Source: Cetorhinus maximus
Taxonomy: Eukaryota
Direction of reading: 5' to 3'
Length of the DNA: 64,000 nucleotides
Assembly: GCF_964194155.1 (NCBI RefSeq)
Contig: NC_135894.1
Span: 44,826,001-44,890,000 of the forward strand
Below the pieces are notes generated by a model that was not told where the DNA came from, did not search any database, and saw nothing but the letters and a program-made list of their open reading frames with translations. Shown one piece after another: positions 24,708-36,379 of this stretch; position 1 is the stretch's first letter, and every line of letters begins with the position of its first letter. The position numbers and the translations under genes are program-made.

Positions 24708-27700
24708 GGGGAGAATTTTATGGGACCACTAAGAGCAGGAAACATGGAGAGTGGGGTGACTTCATTAAGCAGGAACTGGAATTTCAGTTTCCCACCAGTG
24801 GGCTGAGATGCAGAGGTTAAGTCAACAGCGTGTCATTGGCAGATCGGGCCTCGTGCCATTCTATGCCGGGTTCCTAATTATACGTTTGCACACCATGAAT
24901 ATTCATTATATTGAAACTTTTTGTAATTATGTCCCACATTCAAGATTAAACCAGCAGCACGCAGGAATCTCATGGCACCCATTTCATGTTAGTTTAAAGG
25001 TGGCATGCACCAATCAGCTTTGTGCAGTTGTGTCCGAGGTCAGTGGTTTTCTTTGCTGAACTCTGAGGCACAAGGGAAGGGAGCAGGAGAATGGCAGCTT
25101 GTATGGAGGCTTGGGGCCGGCAAGGGTGAATCAGAGGTGAGCTGGGATGGTGTGGAGTGGGGTCAGGGACATGGAGGGGTGAAGAGGGATCCAAGGAAGG
25201 ACAGGGGATGGGGTCAGGGGCATTGAAGAGTGATGTGGGAAGGGCCTGGCATTTTAGGTGTGGGTGCAGGTGGTGTTGCGGACAATCAGTCAAAGTAAGA
25301 AAACGAGGGACCTAAAGGGAGAGGTTAGCACTGTCCACCTGTGTGTTACATCTCAGGGTGTTGGCTGGCAGAGTTCATGGTCACAGGATGGATGTTGATT
25401 TTGTAAGGAGGGGCAGGTTCAGTCTGAGGTTGGGATAATCAAAGGTCTCAAGGGACTGATCACAGAATTAAACATAAATTCTAAGCATGATGCAGGGAGG
25501 GTCTAGAATCAGATGGGGAATGTCAACAGGGATAGGTGTATGTTCAGAGGGGAGGTTTTTCCAATTGGAGGGTGACAGGGTCCAGGGTAGTGGGAGGAGG
25601 TTGAAAAGTTATAGGCGCAAGGCGCAAAGCGCAAAGTGATGTTGGGAGGATCAAATGGCGATTGGGACAAGTGTGAAGGTGACAGGAGGAGGTCAGAGGG
25701 CAATGGCTTTGAACACACAATGACCATTTTTGCAATGTCTCCAGAAGTACGTGTGGTGCCAGGATTGGAGGTCAAAGTGGGAGGATTCCAGCGTGTGGTG
25801 GGTAGAGTTTTGGTTGTGGACAAGGGATGGAGTTGATGATCTCACTGCTCATCAGTTCTATGGGTGAAATCCATGGACACATTGCCTGCCTTCTTCATAC
25901 AGTTCAATTGCTGGAATACCTATCCATCTCATACATCCAATATTCCTGCAGCCTTGGGAGCGGGAGGAAAGGATGCGACAAAGGAAGGCTCTTGATGATC
26001 AACAATGGAGGCTGCAACGCCAGCAGCACCAGAGGGGGAGGCTGGTCAGGATGCAGCCACCAGGGAAGGCAGCGTAGAAGGCAGGCACTGGTGTTTGGCA
26101 GCAAAGTTGTGGCTGTGATGCAGAGCCTCCATATTTGTCTAGGAGGCTCTTATATTCAAAAAGTGTGGGGAGGCAGAAAGTAGGAAACTATAGACAAGTT
26201 AGTTTAACCACTGTCATTGGGAAATTGTTGGAATCCATTATTAAGGAAGTAGTAATGGGGCATTTGGAAAGTCAAAATGCAATCCATCAGAGTCAGCATG
26301 GTTTTATGAAGAGTAAATCATGTTTGACTAATTTGCTAGAGTTCTTTGAAGATGTGACAAACAAAGTGGATAACGGGGATCCTGTAGATGTAGTACATCT
26401 GGACTTCCAGAAGGCCTTTGATAAGGTGCCGCACAAAAGATTAATACACAAAATAAGATCACACGGAGTTAGGGGCAATATATTAGCTTGGATAGAGGAT
26501 TGGCTAACCAACAGAAAGCAGAGAGTCGGGATAAATGGGTCTTTTTCTAGATGGCAAGCTATAACTAATGGGGTGCCACAGGGTTCGGTCCTTGGGCCCC
26601 AACTATTTACAATCTATATTAATGACTTGGGTTCAGGGATAGAAGGTACTATAGCTAAATTTGCAGATGACACCAAAATAGGTGGGAAAGTAAGTTGCAA
26701 TGAAGAAATAAGAAATTTACAAATGGATATGGACAGGTTAGGTGAATGGGCCAAAATTTGGCAGATGGAGTTTAACGCGGATAAGTGTGAGGTTATCCAT
26801 TTTGGTCGGAAGAATAAAAAGGTGACTTATTATTTAAATGAAGAGAAACTTCAGAATGCTTCAGTGCAGAGGGATCTGGATGTCCTCGTGCATGAATCGC
26901 TGAAAGCTAGTATGCAGGTAATAAGGAAGGCAAATGGAATTTTGGCATTTATTGCTAAAGGAATAGAGTATAAAAATAGGGAAGTATTGTTGCAACTGTA
27001 CAAGGCATTGGGGAGACCGCACCTGGAGTACTGTGCACAGTTTTGGTCCCCTTACTTGAGGAAGGGTATAGTTGCACAGGAGGTGGTTCAGAGGAGGTTC
27101 ACTAGATTGATTCCAGAGATGCAGGGCTTGTCTTATGAGGAGAGATTGAGCAGTTTAGGCCTATACTCACTAGAGTTTAGAAGGATGAGAGGAGATCTAA
27201 TTGAGGTATAAAAGATGCTAATGGGGATAGACAAAGTAGGTGTGGAGCAGATGTTTCCCCTTGTGGGGCATTCTAGAACGAGAGGCCATAGTTTTAGGCT
27301 AAGGGGTGGTAGATTTAAATCAGAGATGAGGAGGAATTACTTTTCTCAAAGGATCGTGAATCTGTGGAATTCACTACCTCAGAGTGCAGTGGATGCCGGG
27401 ACCCTGAATAAATTTGAGGAGATAGACAGATTTTTAATTAGTAATGGGTTGAAAGGTTATGGGGAGAGGGCGGGAAATTGGAGTTGAGGCTGAAATGAGA
27501 TCAGCCATGATCGTAATGAATTGCAGGGCAGGCTCGAGGGGCAGAATTGCCTACTCCTGCTCCTAGTTCTTATGTTCTTATGTTTATAGCCGGCCCATAC
27601 CTGCAGCTTTGTCAGCTGATGGCAGGCTTCACCAATGAAAAGCTTTCCCCACCGTGTAATTGCACGTCTCCCATGCCCACCGCCGGCCCTTTAAATTTTA

Positions 27701-27801
27701 ATAGTAATTATGTGGGAACCGGCAAAAAGGGAGAGAGCAGAAGTCCTGCCCACTTCCGGTTGTGCTGCTGGGAACAGGGCACCACTGATAAAATACCGCC
27801 C
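24708..27801. mobile_element. Non-autonomous Harbinger-type element (~1.65 kb) carrying a nested CR1
   Basis: TIRs GGGGAGAATTTTAT / ATAAAATACCGCCC; perfect TCT TSD; internal 24920-25400 is homologous in inverted orientation to 46830-47300. Confidence 0.75.
26148..27584 (+). mobile_element. 5'-truncated CR1 LINE with nearly intact RT domain
   Basis: 358-aa ORF (QHGF, LDFQKAFDKV, GVPQGSVLGP, KFADDTK) continues in frame after one TAA (27209-27211) into a 90-aa ORF; 3' tail TTCTTATGTTCTTATGTT. Confidence 0.96.
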
Positions 27802-29804
27802 TCTGATTCAGATACTTCTGCACAAAGAGCTCCAGCTTGTGATCATGATGTAACAGCTTCCTAATTCCTTTTACCATTCAGACTCTTGGTGTAAAAATAT
27901 GATGGGATTAAATTATTGGATACAAGGCAGCCCAAAAAAAAAGGATTAAGATCCCTTCTGCCTAATAGTTATAAAGATCCCAATTTAATTGTGTCTGGGG
28001 AATTGCAACACATATGCCAGTAAAGATGCATGCTAATTCAGCAATGATTGGCAGTAATTTGGAAATTACGAGGCCACAGATGGCTGACATGGGAGTTAAA
28101 AAGTGTCCAATTGGTGCAATAGGATGTACTCTTTTGAGATTGAACTTGAGATAATATTCTAGGGAAGACTAGAGGAAGTTTTAACATACTTGACCTGGGA
28201 TAGCTTGAGGCAAACACCAGAGCGAGATTTTCTACTTGTACTCAGAATAAGTCAATATATTACAGACACCCTGCCCCTGATTTGTCATCTGCACTGAGAA
28301 AATTTTCAATGTTTCAGGGGCTAACATCCATCACCTTAATGAGCACAAACTTTACAAGAGAAAAAAAACTGGAACCATTTATAGAGGTCAACCTACTGAC
28401 CCGTTGAGCTAGTTAATTTTCACTATTATAACAAATATTTAATTGGATGACTTCATTTCTGGTGTATTCGCATTCTAATAAAAGCAAGTGGATATATTAC
28501 TGAGGGAAAGTCAGAATACAGCAGCTTGAGCTTTAATTGGAGTGAATTCTGATAAACATGTAGCTGGATTCCTGTTAATCTAGCTCTTCTTCCAGATTAT
28601 GCTTAGATCAGAATTCCAATAAATTTCATATAAAATAGACCAATTTGTAATATCTGTACCCTAACCCATTTAATCAGTTGTTCAGCATCTGAATCGAAAT
28701 GACAGCACTTCACTACACAAAGTATGTTCCTTTACAAGAAGCTGATAGTGTGTGAAAGATGATTGATGTACTCAGGTGACAATATGCAGTATACTGGGCA
28801 ATAAAAACAGGAATAATTGAACAATAATTTATGATTCGATCAGTATTACACTCTTAAGTGTTGTGCATGGGTCAAGAATTCCATGTAACAGGAATTAATG
28901 CAAAGTGAATTAGTTAAATCTCTGAGATGATGCTCCACCTTTACTATTAAAATAAAGGTCTTACATTTAACTTCACACAAATCTAATGCTTTGTTTCTCG
29001 GAGAATTCAGATGAAGGCTATTACTCTAGATGCCAGATTACCTGCACTTAGTTGAACATGCCAGCAGAAAAATAAGTTTGAATTGCTTTTTTAATCAACT
29101 AAATGGATAGAGTAAAACATATTTATAGCAGATATCAACTTTTTATGGACAATCTTTCCATGAATTGTTTCACCAGTTTAAGCTAATGAAGGTAAGGTCA
29201 AAAGAAGAGAACAACTAAGAAGATGGGTAGGAGAGGGTGAGTAAAAATTGATGTTGAAACGCACCAAGATTACATGTTAGCTTAGTGATTGTATGCTGTA
29301 TATTTTTTAAATATATATTATCATGGTCCCTGACCTGAGAGGTGAGCATGATTAAGTAACAAGTACATGAATAATTCATTACTTTTTATGTAAACTTGAG
29401 ACATGCTGGGAGATCGCAGCAGGTTTGGTAAAGCAATAACATAATCTGAGCAGAGTGTCTGAGAAAATGCAGTTATTAATTTCAAATAGTGCTTCATTGG
29501 CAGTTGAACTGAACACATTTATGTCATAAGAATATACTTCCAGTGGCTAATGTGTTTAGGGAGGGAAAATAATTTTTGATAAAATTCATTCATACTGTGA
29601 ACTGCAGCAATTGCATTTGTCATGCATTGTACATCCAAGACCCAGTGCTGGATGAGCAGAAGTTTCCTTGCCACAAACTCTGTTCCCTAGATACTGACTC
29701 CATTCCTCACCTGGCCACGATCAGGGCTGAACAAGATCATTGCAACCTTGAAATTAGCATCTGACTAATTATTCAGGATTCCCAAAATTACAGGTTTATC
29801 AACA

Positions 29805-30335
29805 GCCTGTAGAATTTAATTACAGGAAATGTTTAATTTTTTTTCAACATAATTCCTACCTGACAGCAAACCTGATGGGCAGACAGGAAAACAGCAGATG
29901 TCAGGTGAGCAGGAGAGCACAGGGAGGGGTGGTCGGACACTGGTGAGTATTGGGCCCGGGCATTCCAGGAGAGGGTGGGTGGGTAGTGAAAATCAGCCAA
30001 TTGCGAGAGTCCAATCACATGCAGATAAGCTTGTTGTGCCTGGTGGAAGCGCTACTGTGTCTCCTGGCCCACAAGCAGCACAGTGAATGCATTTACCTCA
30101 TAGATCTGGCCCTTCTGCCTCCTTTTGCCTGGGGAATTCTGACATGCAAGAGTTAAAAATAAAATGGAAACATGAAGACTCCCTAAACGCTTTCAGTCAT
30201 GAACCACCTTCTCAGTCACCAACCCATCTCTGTTAAAACTGAAAATGGGTGGATTGGAAGTGGGTTTGAGATTTTCAAAATTTTCAACCTTCCCACTGGC
30301 CCCCAACCCATCTTTGGAGATACAATTCCCACCCC
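29805..30335. mobile_element. Probable old Harbinger-type MITE
   Basis: Subterminal hairpin ATGGGTGGATTGGAAGTGGG...TTCCCACTGGCCCCCAACCCAT and TIR-like end ACAATTCCCACCC; left TIR degenerate. Confidence 0.4.
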
Positions 30336-30807
30336 CCTCCCCAACACCCATTTTGTTTTCTAATGAGAAGAATGGAAAAAATGCTTGATTCTATAGACAG
30401 GGCAGATTATGCAATCTTATACTTTCAATGGGAAGTGTGGAATCAGCCATGAGACTTGACTGCTGCTTGCGTACTAAAATGAAAATCAGGTGAGTTCTAC
30501 AAAGGCTAGGAAAGTTGAAAATTATCTCCATACATTTAAAACATACAATGTGGAATAGGCTGCAATTTGAAAACTAAAACAGCTTTTCTGTGGGTTGGTA
30601 GTATCTTAAAAACTCAGAGCCTTTTGGCTGCAAAGCTGAAAACTGCTATAGATGGAAGATATTGACCTTGGATTTCTTTGAGGTCAGTGGCATAACTGAG
30701 GCAGATGTTCAGTGGTTGAAGTGTGGCAGGGCAAGGCTATCACTCGGTCTCCACCTTGTATATCAGATTGGGCAAGGACAGAGGAAACTTTATCCAACCC
30801 TTTGATA

Positions 30808-31009
30808 TGTTACTCACAAGAGGTTGTGGTGCAAGAATTAATCCAAGCTGGTTTATTTTCAAGACAACTCCTCAGTGCTACTGACTTCCAAATAGCTTCA
30901 ACACAAAGTGTTCCAGCTGTATCTTTTTATTCTATTTAGATGGGATAATCAATGTCCATTACCTGTTTAACTAGCAATTGTTTTTAACAACACGATTGCC
31001 ATATTAACA
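30808..31009 (-). repeat. 3' LTR of the Copia element (202 bp)
   Basis: TGTTACTCAC...CATATTAACA; direct repeat of 35689-35909; PPT adjoins it at 31010-31030. Confidence 0.95.
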
Positions 31010-31149
31010 GATTCCCCTCTTTTCCTTTTAAATTAAAACATCTATAATTCCCATATTTCTTTTACCACAAGTATATATATATAAACAATTATAAAGCAAA
31101 GAAAAAAAAATGTCTTTGCATTATTTTAACATAAGGCACCCCTTTTCCA

Positions 31150-34100
31150 ACACATTTAATAATTTCTTAGAGCAAGCACTTCTTTTCGTAAAACAGTCTG
31201 ATAGTTGGTGACTTGTGAAACCCATTTTACCTTAGAGATCTCTCTTCTCTCCAACATTTCTTTTATGCTGGCTAGGTCTATTCTTAGACTTTATTCAATG
31301 ATTCTTTCATGGAATGAACGTTATCCCAAAGAGAACGGTTATCAACATAACATTCTATGGGCAAACTTTTCCTACATTGCCCCTTAAATAATATTTTTGT
31401 CAGTATATTGGATAAGTAAACCCCCATATCTAATGCTTCTTACCAAGGCCAGCGTTTCAGCAGCTAGGGTGCTTTTTGCAACCCTTTCTATTTTCTTGGC
31501 CTCCCAAGCCAGTGGGCAACATTTATCGTTCTTTTCCACCAAGAATATGATAATTCCTGCTGTGCTAGAGTACCCGTCTGGAAGATTGGCATGCGAAACT
31601 TCGCTAAAAATGACCAACCTCATATCTTCTGGATCACCCAAGGCTGGAAACTTGAGCACACATCTCTCAGAATTTAATCTTAAGCGTTTTATTTGCTGTC
31701 AGTACTTGCTCAACTGTAGCATGTTTCATCATGGTACTCAGCTCCAACACATCATAACTAACGTGAGGCCTAGACTGAGTGCACAACCAGTTCGACTGCC
31801 CAATCAAGCTTCTCAACTGTTCTGTTTCTTCCTTGGTAGCAGGATCCTCTTTTTGTGAGGATCTACCACGAGTTATTGGGATATGATTAGCATTTTCTAG
31901 ATAAGATTGTTGATTCAATGTCACTCCTAACTTGCTCCACTTAATGTCTAAACCTATGTATTTAAAGGCCCCTGAAGCCTGACTTCCGACATAGAATTCC
32001 TTCTTTAAATTCTTGATTACCCATTGTTCAAATTCTACAGATCCTCCCCACAGGAAATCATCAACATGCATGATAAAGGTTCCAGCTAGATTCTCCTTGT
32101 GGTACCAGTAGAACACCGCGGGGTCTGCCTTTATCTGACTGCAACCTGTTTTCAACAGGACAGACCTCAAGGAAAAATATCAAACTCTTGATGCATCATT
32201 CAACCCATAAACACACTTGTTCAATTTCCATAGCTTTCCTTCTACATCCCTGGCTTCTTTGGGTGGTTTAAAAAAAGACTTCCACTTGAAACTTCTTCCC
32301 CTGTAAAAACACAGCATTTTTATCAATTGTCTTGCACTCCCAGGAATAGGATGCCAAATAAGCTAAAAAAATTCTTCAAACTCACTTTCCCCTCTGACAT
32401 CCTGATCTCTTAGTCTCTCTTCAAAGCCTCGGGCTACTAATCTTGCTTTGGCCTTATATGTGCCTTTTGGGAGTACCTTTTCTGTACAGATCCAACTGTG
32501 AGCAAAAGCTGGCTGTCCTCTGTCAGGTATTTCAGAATATACCTCAATTTCCTTCCAACTTTCTAACTCTTTCCATTTGGCTTCCATTATCAGTTTACTT
32601 TCCAATTTGTTAGCAGCTACTAGAATCTCTCAGTCATAGGGACTTCTACTTCTATTGAGATTGCTAGCTTGCTCTCTAGTCCTCCTTGTAAGCTATGGCC
32701 TCTACTCACATTCCTCTCCCTTTCTGGACTGCCACTATATGATCGTCTTCCCATGTGGACAGAACTTCGTTTGCAAGTCTGTGATTTTTTGCTGGGGTCA
32801 CGACCACTTTCTGGTCCACCGTCAGAACTCATACGGCGCTTTCTGAGTTTCCACATCTTTACCTCGGTTTGCCAATCAATAGGTCTTGTCTCCTGTCCTT
32901 CATCCTGCACATTTAGCCAATGTTTGTATTTACCAGTGGCCTTTCCTGCTCTCCCTATGATAGTGGCATCCCTCCACACACTGGTCCCTTCTGGCATGTA
33001 TGTTACCTTTGTTCTTACTTTGGGTAGTTGCACTTTTGGATGAATAGCGTTAACCTGTACCTCAGTATTACTTTGTTCATAGTCAATTAACCCTGTATCT
33101 GCCGTCACCTGCTCCTCATAACTACCCAGTTTATGTGTATGTGAAGTGCATGGTGCATCCTCGCATTCTATGTCCTGTTCAGAACCTGTAAAAGTATAGT
33201 CAATACCAATTAATCATGAAGAATGTACCCTAACAGTTTGATTGCCATGTTGCACAATTACTACTTTCCCATCACTTCCACTCTCTGGCCTTCCCTTTCA
33301 TAATATACCATGTCTCCTTGTCTAAACTGTATTCCTGATGGTCTTGTGGTGCTGTAGGGTCCGTCGAATTTTCTCCCAAACCTCAGCTTTAATGAAAGCT
33401 TTTCTGCCTGCATGCAAAGTGTTCAGGTGAGCAGAAAAAGTGGAGCTAATGTTAGTCCCTTCTAGAGCAGGGGGAGCATATGACAACACCAAAGGTAACT
33501 TTGGATTTCTTCCATACATTAAGTGGTAGGGACTGTAATGCCCAACCATTTGCAGAGAGTTATTTGCATGCACTGTCCATGCTAGCGCCGTTTGCAATTT
33601 ACAACCTGGTTGATCAGCTAATATTTTATATAACATGTCATCTATTACCACATGGTTTCTTTCACAAAGACCATTACTAAATGGGCTTTCAGCTGCAGTG
33701 TGCGTAACTATGATGCACATATCTCGAAATTCCTCATTGGCGAATTCCCCACCATTATCTGTGAGGAACTTCATTGGTGTTCCTAAACCTGTTCCTACCC
33801 ATTTCTCCATGACCTTATCAACAATGGTCCTTTTGTCTTTGTATGTATCATTTTTGTATGTATGTATCACAGTGGATAGGCTAAATCTGGTTGCCATATC
33901 TATGAAGTGTAGTAAATAAAATACCCCTATCCTTGTCCCAAACTTTCAAGTCCATTGCCACTGCATTGTTAAACTCCCTGGCTAGTAGCAAGCTCACAAC
34001 AGGATGCGGTGGTGCCTGGTGATATTTAAGGCAAATTTCACACTGAGCAGTGATTTGTTCAATAAGGTTATCATATCCTTTATCGACCATTCCTGCATCT

Positions 34101-35577
34101 CAAAGTAGAGTCTTCAGTTTCTGTGGCGCTGGATGTGCAAACTGTCTACATAATTTCCAAATGATCTGCTTTTTGTCTGCCAAATTGTTATTCTCAGCAA
34201 TTAACAAAACTTCATGAACTTTTTGATGAGAAATCTCTGGCTTCCTTAGTGGCAAGCCGTAATGGCATGACTGAGTAAAATGTAGGTCACATTTTCCCAA
34301 ACACAACTGCTCTATCATTCTTCATATTTAGTGTCATCTGAGCCTTCGACTCAACCACAGCGGTATCTCGCTAGAAACCACATCAGTATTGATAAACAGA
34401 TTGATCGCTGCTATCTTACAAAGGAGGACCACCCGTCTGGAGGATGTTAATGTATTGTCATCTCTGAACCTGAAGCAGGTAGAGCTTTCATACTCCTTGA
34501 CCTTCGGCCGGTCTGCCGCATCGAGAGACTCCAGATAGCAGTCAAGCCAGTCTATGCTGCACACCATAGAAGTGCAACCACTGTCCAGAGCTGCACAGTT
34601 GAAGGAATCTACCATCAAGATACTCATTACCAGATTCAGACTCTCGATGATCAATACAATTCCATCATGGCAGTCACCATCATCATTTTCAGTTTCAGAT
34701 GAATCCATCTCATGGGTCACTTCAAAAATGCGATTCCTTTGCTGTGGGCAGTTCATCATGTAATGATACTGGGAATCACACCAAAAACACTGATTAACCA
34801 TTTCTGATGCATTTTTTGGGTTTAAAAGCCTAAGGTCACAGTCCCAGGCATGCTTTTTGTCCTGACTCTCAAATTGGCTAGGGATACAACCATTTTCAGA
34901 CCTCTTGTCATTAACCCCATCTTTGTATTGGAATCTTCATCTAATATTTGGTCGACCTCGAAATTCAGCAACCATTGAATCCTCTATTCTTTGTTTCACA
35001 GCATAGTTGTTCACATTTGCTAAGAAACTGGCAGGGAACGACTGTTTCCCCAGAAATTTTTTGAGCGCAGCAGCCATTTGATCTAAGAGAGATTCTCTCC
35101 CCTGGAACTGAACCCCTGTTAGCACTAAAAGACTATCAACGTGGGAAATAATTTAAATGCCAATACCGATTCTGGAATTTCAAGTTCAAATCTCCGTAGT
35201 TTCCTGCACCATTTATCAAAATCAATGATATATTCTTCCATGGACTGATCATCCGATTTCCTAAACCTATCAAAGATTGTCCAAGCTTCATACACTTCCA
35301 ATAACTCATCCTTTTTGTAAAACTTATCCAAAAATTGTAACAGAAGGTTTAACCCCTCTTTATGATCCAAATCATTCACTTTCCACTCTGGAAATACCTT
35401 ACTCCTTATCTTACTTTTGGCTGGTAATGATAACACCAAAGCCATACCTTGCTTCTTCCAGGGTATAGCAGTACCTGGGTCCACGTCAACTTCAATCTTC
35501 CTTTGTTGATAAGGTTCAGAGTCAGGAAAAATTGGTGGACAGTCAAAGCTTGTGATTTTGCACCATCCTTCCACCAT
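31150..35577 (-). pseudogene. Copia gag-pol polyprotein, multiple stops and frameshifts
   Basis: gag CPPIFPDSEPY...KKQGMALVLSLP; CFWCDSQYHYMMNC knuckle; protease ALDSGCTS; integrase RQFAHP..CEICLKY, VAMDL, FLTDNGGEF, NGLCERNH; RT KARLVARGFEE, HVDDFLWGG; RNase H KSTLAAE, QLSDCFTK. Confidence 0.92.
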
Positions 35578-35688
35578 TCCATAACTTAAATAGCCAGCAA
35601 CAATACATATCTTCTCCCTCAGAGGATTGAGACAGAAATCTTCATATACAGCAATCAGTCAGCAAAGCTTAAAGTTGGTCTGCTACCA

Positions 35689-35909
35689 TGTTACTCACAA
35701 TAAAAGGTTGTGGTGGAAGAATTAATCCAGGCTAGTCTTTTGGTTCAAGCTGGTTTATTTTCAAGACAACTCCTCAATGCTACTGACTTCTAAGTAGCTT
35801 CTACACAGTGTTCCAGCTGTATCTTTTTATTCTATTTAGATGGGATAATCAATGCTCATCGCCTGTTTAACTAGCAATAGTTTTTAACAAGGTGGTTGCC
35901 ATATTAACA
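35689..35909 (-). repeat. 5' LTR of the Copia element (221 bp)
   Basis: Direct repeat of 30808-31009; PBS (TCTGCTACCA on +, 35679-35688) directly adjacent. Confidence 0.95.
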
Positions 35910-36379
35910 TGATGTTCACAGTGAATGTGGGCCTGGTGGGAGGATGACCTCTGCCAGATTTCCCACTGTTCCCATTTCCTCCATTTCAATTGTACTGGGT
36001 AATGGGATGATTCAGAACAGTGCAGAGGTGAAATTGGGCACCACAGCAGTTCCAAACAGGGGTCATGACATGGAACAGCTCAGAAGATAGAAACATGCAA
36101 CACTTTCATTGTGCCTATGATAAAGAGAGATATCTTTACTGTCTTATCAACTCTGTATTTAGGTCAGAAATTCCAGCAGAGTCAAGCTTCCTTCACACAG
36201 ATATTGCGGTTCCTGTTCTATCACAGTTATGGCACTGGAATGGGCTCAAAGATATTTTAGTCCTTGAAGTCCAATATGATGCTACAATGAGAGGCCTCTA
36301 CCCACAGAATGCATGTCAACAAAGGAGCTAATCAATGAACCTGTTCTCTTCTCAAATCTCTCAGGCACAGTTATAAATA

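Larger units (their letters stand above)
30808..35909 (-). mobile_element. Full-length Ty1/Copia LTR retrotransposon with GalEa-clade signatures, decayed
   Basis: Two TG...CA LTRs; 5-bp TSD TGATA/TGATG; PBS TGGTAGCAGA; PPT AAAAGGAAAAGAGGGGAA; domain order gag-PR-INT-RT-RH. Confidence 0.93.
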
